Source: Saccostrea echinata
Lineage: Eukaryota
Length of the DNA stretch: 64,000 bases
Direction of reading: 5' to 3'
Assembly: GCF_033153115.1 (NCBI RefSeq)
Contig: NW_026889764.1
Location: 13,950,001-14,014,000 of the forward strand
How positions within the stretch are numbered: position 1 is the stretch's first letter; each line of letters starts with the position of its first letter. The position numbers and the translations under genes were made by a program. Shown here one piece after another: positions 54,901-64,000 of this stretch. The notes beneath the pieces are model-generated. The model saw only the letters and a list, made by a program, of their open reading frames with translations, did no database searches and was not told the DNA's origin.

Positions 54901-57900
54901 ACAATTTACGGATTGGTCTTCATGTGACGTCACATGTGGCGGAGGTACAATCTCCAGATGGCAGATCAGAAACTGCACAAACCCTGCGCCAACCTATGGA
55001 GGAAGATATTGTAATGGGTCAGGAATAAGCATTGAATCAAAATCGTGCAACTCCTACCCTTGTTCAGATAAATACATGTAATTACTTAAAGAAACTAAAG
55101 TAATACATGTACATGGATTATTTAATACATAATCATCATTGAGATTTCTGAAGGATTTTTCCTAATCGTCTGTCTATCCCATAGCTTGTCGAGCTGTGCG
55201 GAGAGTGCTTGGTGTTTTGCTTACTTAAAATTAAAATTGAATTAAATGAAAAGGTCAAAGACTTTCGGTCATTTCAAGATTCAAACAAGGTACCAAACGA
55301 GCCCATTTCTCAAAGAACATGTTAATCTTTTTTTTTTTTTCTTTTTGAGTTGATTTGGAAAATCGAGGAAGGGGAAGGATGTTTATGATTTAACTAGAAT
55401 AAGATGTGGAAAGGAAATATACCACTCTAAAAGGATTTTTTTTAAATTTATTTCATATGTACTGTCTATATTGACAGGATTTAGTTTACACTCAAGTTTG
55501 GTGAGACAGCTTACAGAAAAGTGAGGAAGGTCAAAACTGAAAAAGACATGCAGTCGAGCTTTACGAAGTATTAAATAAATGAAGTCGATCATTTTTTGTG
55601 GATAAAAAATTACTTTATTTCTTCGAGTTTTGTGTTATTTAACTTCTCACCAAGTTCATCTTTTCTAGAAAAAATACTAGCTGGAAAAAATATTCAATTA
55701 AGGAGGAGGATCTTATATTAATTTTTGTTTGAAAAAAAATTTGTAATATGTCTATCACGTGAAAATAAGGATAATAGAAGTTGTGTTTATGGTTTGTATT
55801 TGTTCTTAATCTGCTTGACTCTCTCAACCTCTGTTGAACATATGAAAAACATTTAACCTTTACATCTTCTATAAAAGAGACAAATACAACAAGAATATCA
55901 GACGGAAAAAAGTCCCAAGTATTAACTACAACATCGTCAGTAATGAAACCAATGGTAACCACGTCGGAGACTAAAACGAAATCAACTATATCTCCTGTTA
56001 CTACATATGGTAATGATTCTCTCAAAGCGAAAACTAAACAATCTGAGCTTTGCAAAACAAATACCCCTACGCCTTTTTATGGTATTTATGAAGTAACAAC
56101 ATTAAAGAAGGAAAGTTCTTCAAAGTTTGAAATTCAGACACAAATTGATGAAGAAAATAAACAAACAAATGGGTCTTCCCAGATGGAGGACACAAATAAT
56201 GGATTCATATTGACAACAAAACAATCTGCTTCTGATGTAATGGCAGAAAAGACAACAACTCTCCCCGAACACGCTCCAGTTGTCAGCTCTCCTAGCGCAC
56301 AACATCAGACAACAAGGGGTCATGAATATGATTATAAAAACACAGGCGATACAAAAGGAAATATATCGATAGCATTTAACAATAATACTGTAACTAACAA
56401 CACGTCAACAGTTACAACCACAAGATATATTGGAAAGAAACCTGAAGAGACCACTCTGAATTTTTCAGGTTCACAGTTCCCACGAACAACCACAATTTTG
56501 CCTGACAAATCAACTATAGTTACGACAACTGAATTCAAAGGAGACGAAAATTCAGGTAAAAAAACAAATGAGCAATACTTAGGCAATTTAACTGATGAAG
56601 TAACAACTTCCGTTGTTTTGGAAAAGATAACAATTTCAGCAACGCAAACAAGTGAAAACAAAATAAAGCCAACAGTGATAGCTATAACGACTCAATCTGA
56701 CAATATGAAAGAAAACGACGAATCTGGAAAAATTAACATAAAGACCTCAACCACAACCAATTCTCCAGAGAGTAAGTCAGGACTTATCACAACAATGTCC
56801 TCGGATACTTTTGCTACCACTACCGTAACAAATGACGAAGCAACGAGAGATTCAAGTATGATAACGAATAACCAGGAAAAGACAAACAACAACACCCAAA
56901 AAATTACAGGAGAAACAAAGATGACAACATTCTACAATACCTCAATTTACAACAATCATAGTAAGTCAAATGAGAATTTTCCAATTTAAAGGCTCAGTAA
57001 AAATTTTGTGAGAATTAATTTTCAGATAAAGAATATTTCCACGGGAATGTATTAGGGAAAAAATCATCTTTACGAGAGCATCAGAGTCCGGATTAATATG
57101 TAACATATTCAGGCGGCGCTGATTTATATAATTCAAATTAAACCTCCTAGTAAAGGGCGACTACCTATTATTCGATATAAATGGGATAAATGTTTCCAAA
57201 TCGTCTTCAAAATAAAACGGTTGGGCTGCATGTGCTGGAGTTCCAGTGTAATATAAGTTTATATTTGTTCAAATAATTGTCTTTAGGGCTAGGGTTGGCT
57301 AGAATAGTGAATTAATGCATAACTTGGAATTTAAAAACTTTTATTCAAATGAACATGGTTTCTTTTGCTAAATATACTTTCATTCTACATTTCTAATTAA
57401 CCATACTTAAATCATGCATAAATCACTTTTACATCAAATGAAATATGGAGATAACGAACAGTATTCAAACTCAAAGTCCATTAAAACAATATGAATCAGG
57501 AGCAGAGCAATCACGGACCTTTAAAAACATCAGAGGTGGGATCAGGTGCCATGGAGGAGTGAACATCCCCTGCCAACCGATCACATCCGCCTTGTGCTCC
57601 TTGTCATGATTGGTAAAACGGGAAAATCCGTCGACAATTCAGTGTTTAAATAATGGCCCACGAATAAGTATGAAAAACGTCAGTCAGCATATGACTTAAT
57701 GATAGATTGCATTAGCTGACAAGGTCAGTGTATCGCCCATAGAACTAACGAAATGATGACTTTTGACACATCAAAATGAAGTTCTGATATATTAAAATTA
57801 AGTTTTAGTAATTAAAAAAAAAATGATTTATCGTTATAAGATATAAATACCAATACCGTGCATTGTATGTCTATTTAGCATGCAAGAATGTTCCTGTGAA

Positions 57901-58369
57901 TCAAAATGAAATATCCGTCACAAGTAAGGAATACTCTGGGCGAAATTATTCCACCATTTTCTACAGTGAGGGGATTGTTTTGACGCCTTTTAATGGAACA
58001 ACCGTTCTCAATGTCATCTTTAATTTGCCTTTGAATCTAACAACTCTTGAAGCCATGCTAATGAATCATGAAAATGTGGATGTAAAACTGTATGATAAAG
58101 CTGGAAAAGCCATTAAAGAAAAGGTAAAATTTAGAACAATAATTATAGCAGTTTAAACATTTCACTCACAAATGACGTATGTTCGTTACATCATAACATC
58201 ATTTTCAAGAGTGTTTTATCTTATGTATAATATGCATGTATGCTTTCAGGTCACAGAACATAATTATTATACAGCAGTCATCACAAAAATTCAAATTTCA
58301 ATATTTGCGCATGACCCGGAAGAAGAAATCACTGTAGCAGAACTACGTGCGGTGGCCTGTGTGGACTAG
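44216..58369 (+). CDS. Gene C: secreted multi-TSP1 protein, signal peptide + EMI-like + TSP1 exon array + Thr/Ser-rich stalk + C-terminal domain; several TSP1 exons are disabled
   Basis: Leader and EMI-like exons 44216-44277, 44397-44513, 44643-44689. TSP1 exons 45106-45297, 46788-46979, 47289-47459, [47757-47948], 48278-48442, [49951-49986 fragment], 50300-50470, 50694-50864, [51479-51650], [52031-52201], 52561-52746, 54029-54220, 54583-54768, [54876-55067]. Stalk 55878-56960. C-terminal exons 57879-58123 and 58250-58369. Skipping the bracketed exons gives an open 3300-nt CDS (1099 aa). Confidence 0.75.
45440..45730 (+). mobile_element. Old SINE-like remnant in a gene C intron
   Basis: Core GGTCTTTCGGAAGAGACATTAAAAACCGAG resembles the SINE central domain seen at 59300. 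Confidence 0.4.
46417..46676 (+). mobile_element. 3'-truncated tRNA-derived SINE fused to a HINE-like terminus
   Basis: GGCGCAGTGGTTAGAGC (A box) and GGTTCGAATCCC (B box). After CCACCGGCAAG the sequence switches to GCCTTCGGCTCAAGTGAGCTAA. Confidence 0.8.
47757..47948 (+). pseudogene. TSP1 pseudo-exon with in-frame TAA
   Basis: Copy of exon 46788-46979; TAA at 47792-47794 where the paralogous exon has CGA. Splice sites are intact. Confidence 0.85.
49661..49833. other. Assembly gap inside the TSP1 exon array
   Basis: Run of N. Confidence 1.
49951..49986 (+). pseudogene. 3' remnant of a deleted TSP1 exon
   Basis: Intron sequence nearly identical to about 47527-47584 is joined directly to ..[10 protein letters not shown] plus a GT donor. 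The acceptor and most of the exon are missing. Confidence 0.8.
51479..51650 (+). pseudogene. TSP1 exon with +1 frameshift
   Basis: 172 nt versus 171 nt in sister exons. An extra A in the run at 51567-51571 creates TAA at 51574. Could be a homopolymer sequencing error. Confidence 0.7.
51898..51984. repeat. (AT)n/(ATAG) microsatellite
   Basis: Seen directly. Confidence 0.95.
52031..52201 (+). pseudogene. TSP1 exon with TGG>TGA nonsense change
   Basis: [18 protein letters not shown]..; TGA at 52060-52062 replaces the conserved Trp. Confidence 0.85.
52858..53739. mobile_element. hAT-like MITE with 8-bp TSD, containing a nested palindromic element
   Basis: GTTTGTGA at 52850-52857 and 53740-53747; TAG...CTA termini; CCGGGTACTCGAT subterminal motifs; 3x ~30-bp repeat at 52980-53067. 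Confidence 0.8.
54876..55067 (+). pseudogene. TSP1 exon with lost splice donor
   Basis: Intact 192-nt TSP1 frame ([24 protein letters not shown]...CNSYPCS), but the donor reads AG|ATAAAT instead of GT. Read-through meets TAA within five codons. Confidence 0.7.
55878..56960 (+). CDS. Gene C Thr/Ser-rich mucin-like stalk exon
   Basis: 1083-nt phase 1-1 exon, low complexity in T/S/E/K/N, with many NxS/T sequons. Donor GTAAGT at 56961. Confidence 0.82.
57445..57765 (-). mobile_element. Penelope-like element 3' end
   Basis: Homologous to 26170-26520 and 63600-63790. Confidence 0.7.
57879..58369 (+). CDS. Gene C C-terminal domain exons (57879-58123, 58250-58369)
   Basis: TCKNVPV...KAIKEK|VTEHNYY...ELRAVACVD*. 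Phases are compatible with the stalk exon. Beta-strand-like pattern with one Cys at each end. Confidence 0.7.
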
Positions 58370-58939
58370 GTCATCTTTTAAGATTTTTCTTAGGTAAGAA
58401 GTCAATGTACTTTATTTTAAACAGTACTTATAGTGATAAATTCTTGCATGCAGTTAGTGATGAGCAGTGAGCGGGGGGGGGGGGGGGGGGGGGGGGGGTG
58501 GACAGTCAATCGTCAGTTAAAACTCCGACGGAACATAGTAGCATGCCGCGGGAGCTCAGTATAAACACCTCGGTCGCCCTTAGGACGTCGTGACATCTTC
58601 AATTTTTGAAGATTTCATTAAAATTCCTGATATTCCAAGGCGATTCCATAAATTTATAAACGCCGTCCCACTCTGTTAGAGCGCAGCACTAGTGTGACTT
58701 GGGTTTAGCACATCTTATTTCATATAGACATATATTTTCTGAAATCCTTTTTTGTGCAACGAATTAAAAATTAAAAAACAGTTTTGATATATTACGAGTC
58801 TCCAGTTGAATTTTTATCTTTAACTCCAATTATATATATACACAATTCAAAATTTATTAAATTGTTAAAAAATGATTACTTATATATCAAAGAAAAGTCG
58901 AGGAAGAATTCTTAAACGACGAATGATATATAATTGAAA

Positions 58940-59140
58940 GGTCACTGAAAGATGATGAAATGGGCACGGAAGGGTAACTGTAAGATAACTGAAATGTGTC
59001 TGCTGAATGGTGACTGAAATGTGTCTGAATTGTCGCTGAAAGTAACTGAAAGATCACTGAACTGTTTCTTCCATTCAGTGACTGAATGACAACTGAGAAT
59101 TTACTAAAAGCCGCTTTTCAGATTTAGCTGAAAGGTCTAA
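58940..59140. repeat. Cluster of short ACTGAA-containing repeats (probable transposon subterminal region)
   Basis: CTGAA motifs recur at roughly 11-20 bp spacing. Confidence 0.55.
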
Positions 59141-59187
59141 TTTCTTCCTGTTATATTTGACCAATGGTAGATTTCAAAATCGCGCGA

Positions 59188-59493
59188 AATCGCGTAGTCG
59201 CCCGCCCGGCGCAGTGGTTAGAGCGTTCGCTATAGAGTCGCGGAGTAAGGATTTGATCTTTACGTCACGGGTTCGAATCCAACTGTGGGGCGTGGAGACC
59301 GGTCCTTCGGATGAGACCGTATAAACCGAGGTCCCGTGTCGCAGTAGGTGCTGGCTCGAAAAAGATCCCTCACTATTTAATGGCCCTAAGTGCCGAGTAA
59401 AGGTCAAAATTTGTAGCTCTCCACCGGCAAGTGATGGCGTCACCATATGAGTGAAAAATTCTTGAGAGGGACGTTAAACAATAAACAAACAAA
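59188..59493 (+). mobile_element. Full-length tRNA-derived SINE with 13-bp TSD and (AAAC)n tail
   Basis: CAAAATCGCGCGA at 59175-59187 and 59494-59506; A/B boxes; central CTTCGGATGAGACCGTATAAACCGAGG..AAAGATCCC domain. Confidence 0.9.
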
Positions 59494-62400
59494 CAAAATC
59501 GCGCGATATAGTATGAAAAAGACCCCTTTGTTCAATAATTCATTCGACAAAAACGATTCCACTTAATCAAATCTTATTAAATTTCTTTGAATAGCTTAAA
59601 TCATTTTGAAGGCTTTTGTATTTTTATTTTTAGGTTGCAAGTCCTTTCCTTGTCCAACATAGATCGAATTCTTTCTGCATCACTTGAACAAACACGATAT
59701 TATCAATGTATAGAGGGGAACATTCCGTGAAAATTTATAATTATATCATGCAATTAACGAGAACAACGCTATACCAATGTACATATCTATTGGTTCTAAA
59801 TTTTTTGTTTGGAAAATAAAAACTTTTGTTATAGATTACAATATGTTTTTGTCAAATTCGTTCCATACAGTCCTTTACAAATTTAAAGTAAAGGTATGAG
59901 TTTAGTTAACTGTATAAAATGTAAAGAAATCAGGTATTTCCATGCAATGAAATTGTTTTTGGCGATGACAATTATGTTCTAATATTTTATAATCAAGCAT
60001 TCCAACATAGTGTAAGGACTTTAGTTTTATTTATATGTATAAATGGTGCTAGATTAGATCATTTCAATCTTTAAACACCACAGTTCTGAACTTAACATCA
60101 AATGATTGTTTGAAATTTACAACACCCAATATATCAGCGTGCTTTATCACAGCTTTAAAAAAAAATATGCATTTTGAAGTTTACATTTTTATTTCTTTTG
60201 CTCAAATCATCGTATTGGATTGCAGCGAGTTTTCTTGGAAGTTAGCTTAAGATTTTGTATTCGTATTAATGTAATTTTGTAAATGTTTTTCCGAGAAGAA
60301 AGGAAAATAGAATTTAAAAAAAAAAATACAATCTTAAGTGCTCTGAAGTTCAGTTCTATGAAAGCGGTCAACTTTCAAACATAAAACTGTTTGTAAATCG
60401 TTTAAGAAAGTATTACCTCTAGGGCATGGGCCCTTAGAGGTGAATAATATTTATCTGTTTTCCCCAATTAATTACTATACAATGTCTTTAAAAACATACG
60501 AAACAAAAGGTGTTCATAGACACAAAATAAAAAAAAAAAAAATCAATTTTCTCTATATAAAATAATTCTCTGTTAAAGAATTTTTTTTATAATTATTTAA
60601 TGGTCGTGGTTCCTTTTTCTAAATTTTAAACTTTCTCACTCTCGCATGCGTTATACAAAGTTGTAAAAATAGATCAGCAAATCTGTGAAGGTTAAATAAA
60701 TTTATTTTAGTGCCGTGTGTTATGTTAGACATCGATCGAAAGAAAAAGCAGTATCTAATCTTGTCTCGAATAGTCACGACAATTTGTATTTACATTGATA
60801 TGTTATACGATTTGTATGATATCAAATACAGACAAATCGCTGGTAACTAAAATATTTTATTTCTCATTAAAATCAATACATTTCAGCTTTCTGCTTTGAT
60901 TCACTATCTCAGAGAAATTTTAATATTGCAAAATGTAGAAAAGAACGATCATCTCTTTTATAATATCTGTGCCTATTATAATTAATATTCAACTTTCATG
61001 AAGATTAACTTAACCTGAAAACCGATCTCTGAAAATTTGACTCTGTAACAAGAGCAAAGCATCTCGTTTCTTTAAAAGTGAACGTATATGGTGCATAATA
61101 TAATACATACACGTACCTCGTCGAACCTGACTATCGTATGTTATAATAAATAAGGTCAAGGGATTTTTGCGGGAAACTCCCGTTTCTAAGTAATTTACTT
61201 CACCTTCTTTTTTTATCACTGTTTATTTATCTAATTGAAAACCTCCTGCATATTTAAAATTTCAAACTTTTAGATAATTACAGATTTAAAGAGGAGTGAG
61301 TCATGGAATAACCCCCTCCCCCAACTCCAACCCTAAACCCCCAAAATGATTACAATCAAATATTATTATACTTTCCGAGAAAACAATGCGATTCCATAAC
61401 ATGGAAGAAAGGCATTTAAAAATCAAGTCAAATATGAAATTATTATCCGATGATATATTCAGTAGGTTATTACAAAAATTACGAAAAGTAATACAATGGA
61501 GCACTGTATTTAAAAAAAAAGTGCAGTAGACAACATGTGTTTACATATAAAATTCATAAAACAAATCTCTCTTACTTATTGTAAAGCATATTAATGTTGA
61601 TAGGATAGATTGGAATTTGTTTTTGTGTCTGTAAAACTCCAAAAAATGTAGAAAGATTTATTGGTATTTGCTTGCATTAGAAGCTATACATTATTGTTAA
61701 CCTGGTTAAAGTCAAAATATAAAACACAAAATATCACTGTATATCGACTTACAGCTTGCAAGGTACGAAATTAAAGGTAACAGTTTAGAGAAACATTGGT
61801 ATGAGTCATTCACGGTTTCGATTTGGCCTTTTAGTCTTAGAAATCGTTACTGATGGTATTTTTGGTCTTTGAAATAGGGTATAGAAATGCGATGGCTTGT
61901 TTCTAGTAGAGGAGAGAAACTAAAAGCTAAGATTCGAAAGCATAGGTAGAATATACATTTTTTTTCAGCATCATGCACTTTTTTCTGATCTGTACGTTTT
62001 TTTAAAAAAATGTATTTATATGGTACCTTTACCAAGAAACACGTTGCAGTAGAAATGTTTGAAAGAAATGTCTTTTTGATTTGTTTTTTTAATGCTTCTT
62101 CTCCCGTTAACATTCGCATAATGCAGTGTACCAGACTCTCGTTCATTACTAGATATACACCATATATAAATGTCAGGTACAAAAAATATTTAACAAATTC
62201 ATAATATCCATTCAATTAAATAAGGTAGAAAATTAAAATATAGGGATTTAAACCAGGCATTTCAAAATGTCCACTATGTTGCTGTGAATGCAACTTCACT
62301 TTACTTCAGCTTTATTCAGCTGCAGGGTTCTTTAAGCTTGTTCTCCTCCAAGCCTTGTCCTACGCTTATCCTTTGCTTAGATTACATTTTCTGATTGTTT

Positions 62401-63599
62401 TTCTTAAGGTGCCATATTTCTCAAGAACAGGTTTGTCATGCACAATACATAAACTAAATATCACTGAAAAATCCCATAATTGCAAACTCTGGTTATAATC
62501 ATTGGTTCGTGACATGGAAAAAACACATTCGACACAAATGAAGCTTTTACAATTCTTATTATATTTTGGACAGCAGAAATTAAAATAACCTGAAATATTG
62601 TGTACCTTCTGATTTCATTTTTTACGGATTTTGTTTATTTTTATAGTGAAGACTTGTGTCCCAAAAGATTTATATATCATGGTTTAATACTATTTTTTAT
62701 AGAATTGATGCATATTATCAATTAAGGTATTTTCTAAATTATTTATTTATCTACTTCCTCCTGGCTTCCTTCTTCATGCCACGAGGATTGATCTAAAAGT
62801 AATGTCAAAAGTATTATAAAATCGCCGTATGATAAAAACTTCATTACGTTACTTTTCGGAACTGGCTTTCAGTTCACCCGCAATTCTATTAAATCCCTCC
62901 AATGCATTTCAATTTCCATACTTTTAAATAATCTTAACTGCATCTTGTTTAAAGCGACTCGTTTCGATTTGTTATATCAAACTTATACTTTAATTTACAT
63001 AGGAGGTATTGACGTAGTAAATATGGATATTTTAATCAAAGAAGGATCCAGTCTAATATATCACCATGTTTAAAGCTGAAGTCTACACTTGCATTTCTCA
63101 CAAATATACATCAACAATTGCTTTCGAACTTTTAAATTACAAAAAACCCCTACATTTCCTAGATATCGAAAAAAAATAGAAACATACTTTTCCTAGTGTT
63201 CATGTTTTTCTTTACCCTAGGGCAGTAGTCCTGCTGGTGACGTAAATATAGTCCATAATGAGGACCTTTAGTCACTTACTTTAAAAAGGCCAAAATTTAC
63301 GGAACCCTGATCTTTCAACTAGTGTCATAATTTTTATAAATATATGAATTATATGGAAGATTAGTTCAGAAGATGGGTCAAACATGAAAAAGAAGACCTT
63401 AACACTTTTTCAGAATGAATTTAAAGTATCAGATGGATGTTGAAATCTCGCAATATGAAAACCATCTATCCTTCAAAAGTAAAAAAAAAAAACAATTAGA
63501 TAGATTACACAATCAATATGTACTGGTTCCAGCTGTCAAAGCAGGTAATACATTGTCATTGTAAAGCTCATCATTTTAATTGTATTCTAGAGGAATGAA

Positions 63600-64000
63600 A
63601 TAAGGAGATAATAAACAGTATTCAAGCTAAAAGTCCATTAAAACAATGCAAATCAGGAGCAGAGCAAACATACCTCCAAAAACATCGGAGGTGGGATCAG
63701 GTGCATGGAGGAGTGAGCATCCCCTGCCGACCGGTCACACCCACTGTGTTCTCCTTGTCATGATCGGTAAATAAGGAAATCAGATTTAATTCAGCAAATG
63801 GAAATCCAAACTCATAGTTCCCTTTCTAAGGAGGAAATTCTTCAAAATCAAATATCAGTTTTAAATATTTTTAATATTCCCAGCAATCAAATTGAATTTG
63901 AATTACATTATCTGTACTGGATTCCTAAATTACATAAAAATCCTTACTGACAGATAGATAGCGGGTTCAGTAAATGTTCTTCCAAGCTTCTTTTCTTACT
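63600..64000. mobile_element. Penelope-like element: minus-strand 3' end abutting a plus-strand ORF fragment
   Basis: 63600-63790 is the shared 3' end. 63810-64000 (+) encodes SLSKEEILQN..YLYWIPKLHKNPY. Confidence 0.7.

Larger units (their letters stand above)
58394..59820 (+). other. Putative 3' UTR intron (58394-59633) and terminal exon with polyA signal of gene C
   Basis: AG|GTAAGA 24 nt after the stop, polypyrimidine TAG acceptor at 59631-59633, AATAAA at 59815-59820. Confidence 0.5.

Noticed and set aside
55639-56895. Minus-strand Val-rich ORFs
   Set aside because: Antisense shadows of the Thr-rich stalk exon.

Overview
AT-rich eukaryotic genomic DNA with GT-AG introns, most likely a bivalve (oyster-like, inferred from the repeat families). 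I assembled the gene models by hand from splice sites and reading frames. The window holds four paralogous genes for secreted, cationic, Cys-rich proteins. All four start with a signal peptide, an EMI-like Cys/aromatic domain split over two exons, and thrombospondin type-1 (TSP1) repeat exons, but their C-termini differ. Genes A (5709-8853, +) and B (9470-13896, +) are intact tandem paralogs: 3xTSP1, a 5-Cys EGF-like module and a single-exon IgGFc-binding-protein domain. Gene C (44216-58369, +) has an array of 13 TSP1 exons plus one fragment, several individually damaged. The array is followed by a Thr/Ser-rich stalk and a small C-terminal domain. Gene D (36444-35626, -) is absent from the ORF track and encodes a 147-aa protein with 14 Cys. 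The rest is largely transposon-derived: Penelope-like and LINE RT fragments, tRNA-derived SINEs with TSDs, Helentron-associated elements carrying satellite arrays, nested MITEs, a mariner remnant and tandem repeats. There are two N gaps.
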